Below, one piece after another: positions 9,208 to 22,400 of a DNA stretch of 64,000 bases; positions within the stretch are counted from its first letter, which is position 1, and each line of letters begins with the position of its first letter. This DNA comes from a bacterium (GTDB lineage: Bacteria; UBA10199; 2-02-FULL-44-16; JAAZCA01): positions 256,001 through 320,000 of the forward strand of contig CAXXGI010000001.1 in NCBI GenBank assembly GCA_963674695.2, in the 5' to 3' direction. The position numbers and the translations under genes are program-made. The notes under the pieces are model-generated. The model ran no database searches. It saw only the letters and a list, made by a program, of their open reading frames with translations, and was not told the DNA's origin.

Positions 9208-12200
9208 ATGGTTGGCTTCAAAACCGATTTAAACTTCGCGCAGCTCTTTCAGGACGCTGACAAGCGCCGGCGTGGGATGGAACTCCTGGTCTACGCCGAA
9301 GCCGAGCTGGGCTACGACCCGGAGGAGCTCACGCCGATCGCGCAGGCCATCGAACATCCGGCGCGCTTCGATGAGGAGATGCTCGAACACCTGCGCACGA
9401 TTCACAAGGAGGCGATCGCCTCCGGGTTTCACTTCCTGCGCGACGATGCCGCACCGGCAATCGCGCGACAGGCCCGTCGCTTTGCGGAGCGCGCACCGAA
9501 GACGAAATCGCCTCGAGCGCCCGCGCAAAAACACGAACCCGCACCGGCAGACACGCCCCGCCCCGAAACGACGCCCGCCCCCGCGGCCGTGCCGCCGACG
9601 CCCGCCTGGAATGCGACGCAAGCGGAATATCTCGAGCGGTTTGCCGACGAGAGCAGGGTCCTGGCGCAGAAGATCGAGGCGAATACCGCCACCTGGGCTG
9701 AGCGCTACGGCGATGCGGGGGCACAGCGCGCCGAGGCAATCGTCAATCGCCTTCACTGGCTCATCGGCGAACGGGACCGCGCACAATCGCTGCGCCAACT
9801 CGGTTATCTGCACGATGTGGTCGATGCCCTGCGCATCCTCATCAATCGCGTCGATCGCACCGAGCTCGAACTGGGCAGGGCCAATCCTTCGGGAAGCCCC
9901 TTCTCCGTTCACCTCCATGGACTTTTCACCCCGCCGACGATCCAGAGTGAAGCCCTCCCGATTGAACGGGTTCCGCGCACGCACGAAACTCGCCCCCGCA
10001 ACGCACTCCCCTTTCCGATGGGCGAATCGGTCATAGAACCCGGAACCGTGATCCCGGCACTCGAGAGCGTTCCGCGCGCGGGGCTTTTGACCCCCACACG
10101 CCCGCATCAGCTCGAGATCCTCAATCCGATCGGGGCATACTGGGCGCTCCATCGATCGCGCATCGAAGAGGAACCCGTCGCCGAGGCCTCGATCGTGGCG
10201 CCGACCGGTTCCGGCAAGACACACGAGATGGCCGCGACGATCGAGATCGGGATGCGCGAGGGGTGGCTGCAGATGAACGATGGGGGAAAGGCCTTCATCC
10301 TTACCCATCTGAGACGCATCACGGGACAGAACGAAGCGGCGATGAAGCTCCTGCTGGATCCCGTCTTCCGGAAACGCCTCGGACGCCCGATACGCGTCAC
10401 GAAGGTGGACGCCGACGGCTGGGATCTTTCGGGCGACGCGGTGCTCGTGAGCGTCCCAACGGCAGGCCGAAAGACGAACGCCGCTCGTTTCGCACACGAA
10501 GCGCAGGTTCAGTTTGCCGATCGCGCACATCCGTATGCCCTCACCCTCCTGGACGAATATCATCACGGCATTTTCGCCGCGACCTGGCGCCGAACGATCG
10601 AGGCGATCGCCGACGCCGCAACCAGCGCCTTCAACCTCGGTTTTTCGGCCACGATCCCGCAGAAACTCAGAGCCCGCGCCAACGTCATCGCCGAACAGGA
10701 CGTCCTCGACCTCATGCGCAGAAAGGTATTGCCGCCGGTCACGTATGCCCCGGTGCGCATGGGCGTCGACCTCAAGTGGATCACGACGACGGGCCACGAC
10801 CTCAATCAGAAGGATCTCTCCCAGACGGTGCGCACGCTCGAGCACCACTACCACCTGATGCGCGCGCTAGAGGATCACGGCATCCGCAGCGGACGCGGCG
10901 GGTTTGCCCCCACGCTCCACTTCGGCGTGGATGTCGCCCACATCGAGGAGTTCGCGCGCTACTATCAGTGGTATTTCTCGAAGGAAGACCGCTATGGCGA
11001 CGGCCCCGCGCGCGCGGACGCATCGCCCGCGATGGGCGTGCGGCAGATCGCCGTGATCACCGAGGAGATGAGCCGCGATCCAAAAGCGGTCAAACGCCTC
11101 ATCGACGCCTATCGTGCCGGACGCAGAACCACCTTCGAGCGATTCGTCTTCGGCGAAAAGGCAGACACCGGTGCGTTTCGTTCGATCGGCGAATATACGG
11201 GCAAGATCGACGGGATCATCGCGGTGATGACAGCGAAGACGCCGGAGAACGTGCGCGACATGCTGATGGAGGCATCCAAACCCAGACGCACGGGGCCGGG
11301 TGCGATCGAGACGCTCCTGAGCATCGGCGTCATCGGCGAGGGTGCCGACATCCCCTGGGCACAGAACATCATACCGGACAAACCGACGCTCTCCGAGATT
11401 CCGGCCAGCCAGAACCCGGGGCGCGCCTTCCGACATGACAAATGGCACATCGAATCCGACGGCACGGTCGTCTACATCCCGCCGCGCATCATCATCGAAC
11501 CGCGCTACGATCGGCCCGATCTCGTGACGGTGCTCGATGCGCTCGGGATCACCGATCACGCGCTTGCGCGCATCGGCGGCGCGCAGATCGACCTGGTGAC
11601 GGAGGCGATCGGACGCCAGGGATACGGACACTTGAGCGACGTCTGGAAATCGAACGCGGAGACCAAAGAGGTCGAACGCAAGCCGGTCGTCGTGCCGCAG
11701 CCGGAGGAACTCATTCCCATCTCGGGGGTGCGAGAACACGTCCTGCTCCCCCAGCGCATGGTCGGCGAAATGCCGCGGCTGATGCGCCACATCCTGCAGG
11801 AGGACTATGAAGGGAAGCTCGCGGAGATGGCCTTCGATCTGGCCGTGAGCGAAGCCACGCTGGTGGGATATTTGAACGGCCGCACGCCGAGCGATGCACG
11901 ACTGCTCGCGCGCATGGGGATTTTTCTCTATCAAGGGCGCGATGTCCTCGCACGCCAGCACAAGTTCGACGAGAACGGCTGGGTCCCGCGAACCGAATTG
12001 AATGCTGCCATTCGTCCGCTGGTGCAACAGGCGCGCGATCAATCCTTCGCCCTCTTCGGCGCAACCCTTCCGCGGTATGGATTCACCACGACCGACGGAT
12101 GGCGCAGCGGCCCGCTCAACCTAAATCCCGTCATCCGATTTCTGCGCGACGGCAAGATCCCCAGGAGTTTCCGTGGAAAGAAGGGAAACTTCTGGACGAA

Positions 12201-13248
12201 CCTGCGGCAGATCCTCATGAACGTCGAACGCGATGCCCAGGGAAACCACGTGCATGTTCCGGAGCACGCGGAGACGCGCGCACTCATCGAGGAGACCGCC
12301 GCCGCCCATGCCGGCTGGACGCCGATTGAGGAGCTCGACGATTCCGTACGAGCGCTCGTGCGCATCGCCAGAGAAAACGCCCTGGTGACCGACAATGGAG
12401 GCCTGATCCATCCCCGCGAAGCGGGCGATGAGGTCCAGCGCGGCGTACAGGCCTTTCTGCGCGACGGAACGATCGCACCGGCGGGATGGAAGCCCCTCTG
12501 GGAGCTCCTCCATCAGCATGTCACCCCGGCGGGCAAGGCCCGCGCCGCCGAGCGCGACGATGTTATCGAGGCATTCCATGCCCACATGGAGCGGACACAG
12601 CATTGGAAACGAATCGAGACCATCCCGGAGGGAAGACGCCCGCTCGTGGAACACCTGCGCACGCATCGACTGCGCACGGCAGGCGGTACGCCCATGGGGA
12701 ACGCGGCGCTGGATGCGTTTTTCCAGAGCGGAGCGATCGTCTACAATGATCTCTTCGATCCGAACGAGTTCTGGGATCGCTATGCGCTGACCGTCGCCGA
12801 AGCCGGAATCGCTGCCAGCGGTGCGATGACCTTCGCCCACACTCCACCCCACATTACCAGACAGGTCGAGACGATGCGACGCATCGGCCTGGCCGTCTGG
12901 AAGGCAAGCGATCAAACCGGCGACGTCGTTCATCCCGCAAACGCGCGGATCAATCCGATCTCGGGCAAAATCGAGATCCCCGAGGATGAGGACCCCTCCA
13001 AGGGGGGCGGTGGATCGAGCACGCCACCGATCGTCTCCGGCGGTGGAGAACAGACGCCGACGCCCGAAGGAACGGACACCGCCCTGCGCTCGGGGCTCGC
13101 CCTGATGGAGGCCGATGCCGCACAGATGATGGCGACGGAGGATATCGCGCTATCGCCCTTCGAACCCATTGGAATGACAGGGGAAATAGACAGCATCGCC
13201 GAATTTCAGAACCCCCTCTTCGCCCTGCGCCCCGGCCTCATTCGATAG
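9208..13248 (+). CDS. SF2 DExH helicase/ATPase (ResIII/IRC3-like core) with HTH, three C-terminal repeats and acidic tail
   Basis: Walker A APTGSGKT, Walker B LLDEYHH, motif III GFSAT, motif V GEGADIP, motif VI QNPGRAFR; HTH-like LAEMAFDLAVSEATLVGYLNG; AAGGA RBS upstream. Confidence 0.85.
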   Translation: MVGFKTDLNFAQLFQDADKRRRGMELLVYAEAELGYDPEELTPIAQAIEHPARFDEEMLEHLRTIHKEAIASGFHFLRDDAAPAIARQARRFAERAPKTKSPRAPAQKHEPAPADTPRPETTPAPAAVPPTPAWNATQAEYLERFADESRVLAQKIEANTATWAERYGDAGAQRAEAIVNRLHWLIGERDRAQSLRQLGYLHDVVDALRILINRVDRTELELGRANPSGSPFSVHLHGLFTPPTIQSEALPIERVPRTHETRPRNALPFPMGESVIEPGTVIPALESVPRAGLLTPTRPHQLEILNPIGAYWALHRSRIEEEPVAEASIVAPTGSGKTHEMAATIEIGMREGWLQMNDGGKAFILTHLRRITGQNEAAMKLLLDPVFRKRLGRPIRVTKVDADGWDLSGDAVLVSVPTAGRKTNAARFAHEAQVQFADRAHPYALTLLDEYHHGIFAATWRRTIEAIADAATSAFNLGFSATIPQKLRARANVIAEQDVLDLMRRKVLPPVTYAPVRMGVDLKWITTTGHDLNQKDLSQTVRTLEHHYHLMRALEDHGIRSGRGGFAPTLHFGVDVAHIEEFARYYQWYFSKEDRYGDGPARADASPAMGVRQIAVITEEMSRDPKAVKRLIDAYRAGRRTTFERFVFGEKADTGAFRSIGEYTGKIDGIIAVMTAKTPENVRDMLMEASKPRRTGPGAIETLLSIGVIGEGADIPWAQNIIPDKPTLSEIPASQNPGRAFRHDKWHIESDGTVVYIPPRIIIEPRYDRPDLVTVLDALGITDHALARIGGAQIDLVTEAIGRQGYGHLSDVWKSNAETKEVERKPVVVPQPEELIPISGVREHVLLPQRMVGEMPRLMRHILQEDYEGKLAEMAFDLAVSEATLVGYLNGRTPSDARLLARMGIFLYQGRDVLARQHKFDENGWVPRTELNAAIRPLVQQARDQSFALFGATLPRYGFTTTDGWRSGPLNLNPVIRFLRDGKIPRSFRGKKGNFWTNLRQILMNVERDAQGNHVHVPEHAETRALIEETAAAHAGWTPIEELDDSVRALVRIARENALVTDNGGLIHPREAGDEVQRGVQAFLRDGTIAPAGWKPLWELLHQHVTPAGKARAAERDDVIEAFHAHMERTQHWKRIETIPEGRRPLVEHLRTHRLRTAGGTPMGNAALDAFFQSGAIVYNDLFDPNEFWDRYALTVAEAGIAASGAMTFAHTPPHITRQVETMRRIGLAVWKASDQTGDVVHPANARINPISGKIEIPEDEDPSKGGGGSSTPPIVSGGGEQTPTPEGTDTALRSGLALMEADAAQMMATEDIALSPFEPIGMTGEIDSIAEFQNPLFALRPGLIR

Positions 13249-13258
13249 AAAAAACCAC

Positions 13259-13284
13259 GCAACAATTTGAAAATGTCACCGATA
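13259..13284 (+). promoter_or_regulatory. Candidate alternative-sigma promoter GCAAC-N16-CGATA
   Basis: Same two boxes with identical 16-nt spacing occur upstream of the GH13 gene (44571-44596, minus strand). Confidence 0.35.
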
Positions 13285-13358
13285 CAGAAGGGAAATCGTC
13301 GGGAAAATATACATCTTACGCAGCAATGCTGCACGAGATTGGCGACGAACCTTGCTTG

Positions 13359-13430
13359 TGTCATCCCCGCAGAAGCGGGGATCTCGATGTGCTCTGACAA
13401 TCGAGATTCCCGCCTACGCGGGAATGACAA
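13359..13430. repeat. REP/RS3-like double-hairpin element, copy 2
   Basis: tgtcatccccgcagaagcggggatctcga...tcgagattcccgcctacgcgggaatgacaa. Confidence 0.9.
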
Positions 13431-13497
13431 ACTTGGAATCGCGGGAAAAGTGACAACCTGCATCCACCGCTGAACGTCGAAACGGAGCCAGTGCCCT

Positions 13498-16400
13498 ATG
13501 GGAGATGACATCAAAAAAACGGGAGGGGCATCGCACATCCCCCACCCGCAATCCGATATCCACGAAAGCGACGAGGGCGGCACCACACCATCCGACGCGC
13601 ACGATGCGGTGGACACCTATGTCGCGGCATCCGCGACAACACCGCCCCCATCTCTCCTCTCGCGAAAGATGATCGATGCGCAGCTCAAGGAACAGGGAAT
13701 GACGCTCCATCGTGAGCACCCCTACATGAGCGTCAACGAATACGACTGCTATCGCATCCTGCAGTATGCCTACGATACCCTCGTCGACGATCTCTTTCCA
13801 AAAGTGCGTACGCGGTTTGTCGAGGGCGAACCCCCCAGCGGAAAGAAATTCGACGCGCTCATCGAACGCAGCCTCGTCATGGGTTATGCCGGACAGATGC
13901 AGGTCACGCAGAAGGAGGCGAAAGGACGCATCTCCTCATTCCGCGAAACCTACGTCACATTCATCCGGGAGAACCTTGCGCGACTGGGGCTCACCGGCAC
14001 GGGGAAACCCACATCGTCGTCACAACCGTCGACGGCGCACGCATCCACATCGACGCTCACGCCCGCGACGCTGGCCACCTTTATCCTGCACGCCCGCGCA
14101 CAGATCGGCGCGATCGAAGCACTGCTGCGCGAACTTGCGGACGAGGATCGCGTGGCGGGAGAAGAAGCGCTTTCCCGCGCACAGCGGGTCGAGGCGGAAC
14201 ACCTCCGCCCTCTGGGATATGACGAAGCGCAGATCGTCGGCAATCTCTCCCGCGGCAACCACCGCAAAGAACGCGCACAGACCATCGCCGACAAGACACG
14301 CATCATCGGCGATCTCTTTTTCGATGTTCGCGCGCAGCATACGCGCGAAACCCGACCGATCGATATCGATCGCGTCGATACCCTCATCGATGCGGAAACG
14401 GGCACCGGAAAGAAGCGCCGATCGATGCGCGACGATCTCGAAGCCTGGATCGCTCAGCACATCGACAATCCTGAGGCCGCCGAACGGCTACGCACGGCGG
14501 CGGTCATGGCCATCGGATGGGGTATGGGGGCAACCCAACCGGATCAGTTGCCAAGGCTCACGCTCTCATCCGAACGCATCGAAGATGCGGCCTTCATCGC
14601 GACGGAGAGGATCGCCGATCCGGATCAGCGCAGAGATGCACGCGATGCGCTGGCACAACAACTGCTTTCCGCACTCGCCCATATCGCACTGCGCGCCGGC
14701 CGGCGTCAGCTCCTCACCGCTGATACCGACACCCGCGCAGCAAAACCGACCGTACACGCGCGGCGAAGCGAACACCGTCTCACGCTCGCGACCGATTCCG
14801 CTCGCGGCATCCGATTCATCCCTTCGGTCAGCGGCGGCATGAACGAGCTGATCGAGGCAATCGAAGAGAAAATCGGGCCGATCGACGCCGACCGCTTCGA
14901 GCAGATCACCGACATCAAACTCTCCATCTTCCGCGGATACGGCCAGCTGCGCACGCAGCGCACCGCCAGCCGCGACAACTGGGCGACCGTCGTCGAACTC
15001 CACCAGGGCGAGACCTGGCCAAAGCTCGTGGCCATCGCCGAGGAGAACGGAACGCTCGAAGAACTGCTCACGCGTTTCCCCCCGGCCAACAGCAACGACG
15101 CGCGGTGGAAACAGCGCCTTCACGACGCGCGAGGCGACGACACGCTGATCGATCTGGCAACAGGCTACACGCCCGCAGCCTTCGTGCTCAAAGGGGGCCT
15201 GCGCCGTATGCTGGAGGCCTATCTGCCGAAGAAAGCGGACGTGCGCAAACGGATGCAACGCGAGATCGACGAATACGAGAAGGCGGGGCTCCTCGGGGAA
15301 AACGCGCTCGAGACCATGCCGACCGCCTTCACCCCTTCCGACTGGGAGCTCCTCATCGCCCACGCCGTGGCCGCCGATGAGTTGGAGAAACTGACCGTCG
15401 AACCGAAGCAGCGCGACGCCGACGAAAAGCTGCTCATCGCCTTCATCCATCTGGGCACGCTCGCGCGCAATCGCGGGTTCGAACTCGACCCGGTCGATTT
15501 CGCTGCGGCGCTCTCGCCCATTATTCGCAGCATGCGCGATCACGCCGACACAGAGGGAACCATCATCGTTCCCGTTCCGAAATTCATGGGGGACCTGGAA
15601 TATACCAACTACGGCACGCCGACGTTTGCGAGCCGCATGAAGGGGATCGAAACCGCCATGCCCGAGGCCACGCGCCAGAACCAGGCCGGTGGCCACGTGC
15701 AGCGCGCCAGTTGGCTCTCGCTCGATCGCATCAACAGCTCGCTGGCAGGACGTGATGTGAGCGAGAGCGACGATCAGATCCGTTCGCACAAGCAATTCAA
15801 CGGCGGGTTCATGCGCTGGATCGAACTGCTCATGGGCACCATACCCGACATCCGCGACGCCGCCGGACGACGCATCGACCTTGAGGGAATCACCTCGCGA
15901 TCGCGCTATCGCTTTCAGCTCGTGCCCAACGCCGCCGAATACGCCACCGACGCAAATGAGAGCAGGACGACGCAGAGCGCCCCGCGCCTTTTGGCCGACG
16001 CCCATCGCGGCTATTACGGAAAACTGCTGGAAAAGGCGGACGGCTATCTCGCTGCAGTCGAAGCACTCCCCTTTCCGGTCACCGTCACGCGCCCCGCACA
16101 TCATGGAATGGATGCGCAGACGAACACTCCGATCGATCGACCCGAAGAGGAGATTTCCCCCGCCCAGCTGCGCTCAGAAATTGCGGAGCTGATCTTGCAG
16201 GAGGAGATCCACCGCGATCGGCTGGAGCAAGGCGGCGCCTCTGCCCAGAGCGATGCCCAGACCATCGCCTTCTATCGTCGCATCGGGAGATTCGCGCGCG
16301 AGATCTTCTATCACCTTCCCATTCGGGGAGTCGCCGCGATCGACGGATTCGACATCCCCTTCCAGGCGGTAGCGAAGCTGGCTCGCCAGCGACTGCGCCC

Positions 16401-19400
16401 GGAACACGCTGGCCGCACCACGCTCGTCATCGACGACATCTTCGAGGCGGCGCATGCACAAGGGTGGAGTGCCACCCGACGCAATGCGCTCATTCGCCTG
16501 CGGCTGCTCATGGGGCTTGCCCGGCGCGAAGGACGCTTGACGCCGAATATCGTGCATGCCGGCGAAATCGTCGAGGCGCTGCGCCCGATCTGGGAAGCCC
16601 CCGAGCACCTGTTGGAACAGGCCGCGCTCGACTTCATTGCGCTGGGTCAACGCGTGCCACTCGATGATGCGGGGCAAGCGCTTGCAACCATCATCGGCCG
16701 TGGACGACAGGCGCCATCGGCTGGACCGCATGAGCCGAACCTTCCCGGACACGCCGAGACCTGGGATGTGCAGTTTCGCCAGTTCGCCGCCGAACGCGAT
16801 GCCGATTCAGCGATGATCGAAGCGGGCCTTGCCGCCATACGCACCTATTTTGCGACGACCCACGGCTTTGCCTCGCATTTTTGGAGCGCACGGCTCGATT
16901 CCGCAGTCCATGCCGCCGCCCACGAACAGGATGTCGACCCCATCGCGCTACGCGCGCTCATCTGTGAGAGTTTCGGCCGCATGGGTATCGCCAACGGAAA
17001 ACCCGTCGATGGGCTCCACATCATCGACCCAAACTCTCCGGAACACGCGGTGCGCACGCGCCTGGCCGAAATCGCGGTCTCCGCCTACATGGGGCTGTTC
17101 GCCCATGATCCGAAACTCATTCTGAAGGTGCCGGTGCAGGAAGAGCTCATCACCGATGTCGTCCGACTCACGTTGGAGGAATACGGGCAACAGCTCGATC
17201 ACCCGCCGCGTCCGCACCTCGTTGCGCGGGAGACGCGCATTCTGCTGCGCCGCCACAACGAGCGCGCACACATTCCGCATACGCGGGCCAACAACGCGCT
17301 CCCCACCACGGGACTGCTCGAAACGCGACTGGCTCACGCCGCAACGATTTGGGAGGCGAAGCACCCGGACGAAAAAATCGATCGCACACGAACGTTGGAT
17401 GCCGTTTTGGCCGCCAACCGCAGCCGCCCCTCCGACGAGAACGCCGAAGCCTCCGCGCTGCAATCGCTCTCTGAAAACGACGCCCACTTCGTGCGCCACT
17501 ATTTGCATCAGCAGCGGGAAGCGCTTGCGGATTTCGAACAGCTCATGGCCGACCCCGAAATGGGATTTGCCAAACGTGCGCGCAAACGATTTGCCGCGCC
17601 AAATGTGACCGACCAATCCCTCGTCGCCTTTGCGATAGCCTTCGCGCGGGAACGCTTGACGAGCGTTTCCCCCACGCCAGCACGTGATATCGCCTTTGAA
17701 CTCGTCGCTGATGACTTTCTGCCCTTCGAGGCCATCGCCCACCGCATGACCGAATCGCTCACCGGCATGCTGGCGACGACGTTCAGCGACATGCATGAGC
17801 AGATGCGCGAGGAGATCGATCTCGCCCGAACGGCCATCGAAATAGAGGCAAACGACGAAACCGTGGTGGTCGCTTCATTCAAAGCATTCATCGAAACGGT
17901 GTGCTCGCGAAACGAACTGGGCAGCTGGGAGGATGTACAGCAACGAGATCGATCCTGGGGACTGCTCGCCGACGTCGCTGGAATCGACGCGGAGGGAACT
18001 TCGATCGAAGCGTTTGCACGACGTCTTTATACTGAACAGGTTGTTCCTCGCTTTGAAAAGATGCAGGCCGAGCACGCCGAGAAGATCGAGCGCATCGATA
18101 CAGCCGAAGAACAGGCCGCGATCCTGCAGAACAAAATCGGCATGATCTCGGCGATGTATGCGATGGTCCCGAACACGGCCGCCATGAACGACAAGGCGAT
18201 CGAGCGCGCCCAAAAACACCTCGACCGGGGCGCACGCGTTCTGCTGCGCCAGACGACGGCGATCAAAGCCATGCTCGAAACCCACAGCGAACTCGAGGAG
18301 ATCGCCACGCAACTGGACATGAGCGATCTCATCGATCGGGTCATCGCCATTGAGGAGAAGCTTGTTACGGCTACGGAGGAAGCCAAGGCCGTGACCGCGC
18401 GATTCGAGGAACATCGGGTCCTGCTGAATAAGCGTGCTGACGAGATCGAGCAGGACAAGACCGAGCAGGAAGCGATCGCCTCCGCGAAAAAGATGGCGCA
18501 GCACGGAGCGACGCGGGCATTGGAGATCGCGAGCGCCATCGCCGACACAACCTCCCAGGCAGCACAGGCGCAGATCGATTCCCTGCAGGAAGCACAGGCG
18601 GCGTTCATCACGGCCATGGAGACCGCTCAGAACGCACCGACGATTCCACACATGACCGCGGCCGGCGCTGCACTGAATGATTTTCTTTCGATCCGCGAAA
18701 AAACAGATCCCCTCTTCGATGCAGCGACGAACACCGTCACCCATGCCCTCTCCCAGCATGCGCCGCATCCGAACAGCGCCAGCCAACTGTTGACGCGATT
18801 GCAGACCATCGATCCGGCAACGGCGGGACCGCATGCGAGGACCCTTGCTGAATCGATCACGAAGCTTCAGGACGCCATCGCGACCGCTGGAACATTTATC
18901 ACGCGCATGCAGGAGATCCGTGCGATCGGCGTCGAACCCATGTACACCGATCTGCGCGCCATCGAAGCGCGTCTTCCCGCCATGCCGCCACAACTGCCGG
19001 AACCGGGAGTGATTTCCACCGAAGACGATATCATCCTCGACGATCGTGAAGTCACCATCTCGAGGACAAGCACCGACCCGAACGCCAGCACACGGGCGCA
19101 AAAGAGGCTCGCCCCCATCCTCGACGCACGCGTTTTGCACACCGCATCGCAGAGCTTCCTCCTGGCGACGCAACAGCACACGCGCGTGCAGACGTGGCTT
19201 TCCGGAATGCGCGACGAGACGCTCACGGCCATGGACCTCTTCGGCAATCGGATCACGCTCGACGCCCACCGCTGGGGGTTTCACCTCGACAATCCCGCGT
19301 CCGGCATCGGCGCGATCGGAACAGATCACCCGTTTCATCGCATCGTGAACCTGCTCGCGGCGGCCGTGAGCACAGAGGATGGCACGCTTTTGCTCTTGGT

Positions 19401-22400
19401 GGAGCTGGCGCGCAAACAACTCTCGGGTGGCGTTGCCACCGACGACCTGCGCAACTTGCTCGCGACGCTGGCGATCGCGCCGCACCCCTCCTCGCCGGCC
19501 GATGCCCACAAGACGATCCGCCGCTGGGCGTTGGCGAGGGCGGAGCGGCTCGCACAGGTCCTGGGCACAAAACAGAATGCAATCTTCGTCGACACCACCC
19601 CGGCATCTGAAGAGGCAAAACACCTTCCGATGCTGTCGCCACGTGAGCGCACGATCCAAGCGCGGTTTTCCGCACACAACACAACCCACCCGCACCTGGG
19701 GCTGATGACGATCGTGACGCCCAAGGGGACGCATGAATTTCTCATCGATCCCGAGGAGGTCGATGCAAACAAGGCACGCGTAGACCGCCGCGAAATGCGC
19801 GCCAGCAACGCCGTCTTTCATCTCTACGATCCGACCGACAACCGAGAAAAGGAAATGAGTTCCGAAGCGATGCGCGCCATCGGGGCATGGGATGAAAAAA
19901 ACGACGTGGTCATCACGACCCCGCTGCAGGACGATCCGGTCTTGTGGCAAAAGGAGCGCTTGATCTGGCGTATCTTCGTCGACCCGCGCCTGACCAAACT
20001 CGCCGCCATCGTCCATCACCAGCGCAAAGGCACTGGCCCGGAGGGCTTCAACGACTTCCTGGAACGACTGCTCGCCCCCATCGCCTTCGCCGACGACGAG
20101 ACCGACACGTCGCTCTCGCTCATCGCCGCACAGGATATCGCCGTCGAGCAATATGAGCGCTTTCAGAGACGAGGATACGACCTTCCGGAGATCGTCAATG
20201 CCGACTTCAATGCCATCGCCAACCTGGTGCGCGGTTGGATGAGAACAAACTACCAATTGACCGAAAACGACACCGAGCACCTGCTTGACGCCGCCCGAGA
20301 AAACCCCCTCCTGAAGCGAACGCTCACACAGCTCATGATAATGGGCGCGATCATCGCTCAGCGAAAGGGCCTCCCTCCGAAGATCTCAGATCGGATGTGC
20401 AAGCACTGCTCGGATCTCCTCTCGAGCTTCGCCGAGATCCTCATCCATGCCCAGCCGAACCAGCGATCGATGCGATTCAACCGCGCACTGCGGCGATTTC
20501 CAACCGACCGTCTCTATCGCGAGGAACGCCAATGGATCGTCGATCCCGAGGGGCTGGGCCTGACCGCACCGCTCCACGGCTGGATCCATCCGACCTATCC
20601 CGACGACGCTCCCTGGCTGATGCCCACGGATTCCAGCGCGCTCATGCGGTTTCCCGAGATCGGGCGCGTCGGGATGGAGCGGATCCTGATTTTCTATCAG
20701 GAGAAGGAAGAAAACGCGGCCGCGTTCCCGAAGGGGCTTGTCGAACTCGCCTTCATCGCACCGAGTCTGGCGGGACTCTTCACCATCATCGCCACCGTCC
20801 ACCGGCGTCTGCCTCCGGAATTCGAAACCGAACTCAAGGGCATCGCGGATGCGTTCAGCAACGCGCTCCCGCGCACAAAAGTCGAACACAAAGACACGCA
20901 AACCTTCACGCAACAGCAACGGGCGATCAAGCAGACCGTACAGAAGGTCCTTTCCCTCTATCAACGACACCGGGCGATCATCCTCGAAGCGCTCCAGCGC
21001 CGCGACCTGATGGCCTACCGCACGCTGGGCTGGTGGCTGACGGGAACGGAGACGCCGCAGAACGAGGTAGAGCAAGCCATACCGGAACGCGCATCACTTC
21101 TACAGCTGCCGCTGCTGGCGCACGTTGCCCAGCCGCACCCGGCGCTGCTCGACATCCTGCCTGAATGGGGACGACCAGACCTTTCGCTTTCGAAGACGAA
21201 TGCCTTGATCGCACAGCAGGAACGGACCACACTCCCCCCGACGCTGCAGACCGCCGCGCAACACGTCCTGACGCGCACACAGGCCTGGCCGATGGCAGCG
21301 CTGGCAATGCTGACCCGCCCGCTTCTGTCGGATGCCCTGCGCACCGACCTGGACAGCGCCTTGCGCCTATCTGGAGCCGAAGCGAAAACGCTCGTCATTG
21401 CAAACGACCCCGCATCTCTGATGCACCATGATCGCATCGTCGCGCGCTTCGCTGCCGTCGCTAAAAAGCATCGTGATGAAATCCGTGAAATCCTGATGCG
21501 CCCAGCCAGCGACACCGGAATCAAGGGAACACAGGAACAGCTCCAATACGCCGTAATCGAAGACCTGCTCCACGAACAGTCCATCTTCCTGCCCCCCTCG
21601 CAATTGGACGCGATCGAGAGTTGGACCGATACGGAAACGCTCGAACAGATCGAAAACGATCTGAGCGCACTGGATTTCTTCTTTGAAGAGGACGGCGGGA
21701 CCCAGGATACGCGTTTGTCAACGACGCGCCGCTGGCTCGAACTGCAGTTCACCGTTATCGCCACAAGCTTGAAATCGGGTGAGCTGCCCACAGAACCCCT
21801 TCCGGTCATCTCCACGCAGGTCAACGAACTCCCACCGGCCATGCTGCACATGGCCCTGCTCGTGGGCATCAACGACACGCTCGGCATACACGCACAGCGA
21901 TGGATCGATCGCATCCACGATGCCGAACTGCTCGATCGCGACGCCGGCATCACCGACACGATCGCCCTGGCCAAGGAGATGTATCGCTTCCTCATCGAGG
22001 AACGCGCCCACCTCCATTCGTCGATCCAGCGCCGGCGTCTGGCGCTGCATGCGCACACAGCGGCGGAAGAAATGGACGACGAAGTTGACGAAACCAACCG
22101 CCACCGCCAACTCGGCATCGAAGCAGAGCGGATTTTGGCGCATCCTTCGCTTTCCGTCCTCACGCTGAAAACCCTACAGGGCACAGAACAGCACCTGGTC
22201 GACGACGACCAGTTTTCCCGCGACATGGAAGCCCTTCGAACGGGGGAGATGAAACCCGGACAGTTCGTCCTTCGCACCTATGACAAGCGGGACGATCGCT
22301 GGCTCGAGTTTCCGGCGCACACGATCGCAATGTGGGGAGTGAACAATATTCGTTCGGCCGCACGAATGCCGCCCCTGAACGACTTTCCACGATTTCTTGC

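Noticed and set aside
13340-13355. TGGCGACGAACCTTGC as a sigma54 promoter for the 3622-aa gene
   Set aside because: GG-to-GC spacing is one base too long; sigma54 spacing is strict.
9078-13430. Palindromic repeats as a CRISPR array or integron attC sites
   Set aside because: Copies are kilobases apart with no spacer periodicity, no cas or integrase gene, and no RYYYAAC/GTTRRRY ends.
13267-13473. 68-aa ORF containing VIPAEAGIS...DSRLRGND
   Set aside because: Translation of the REP/RS3-like element; a typical spurious ORF.
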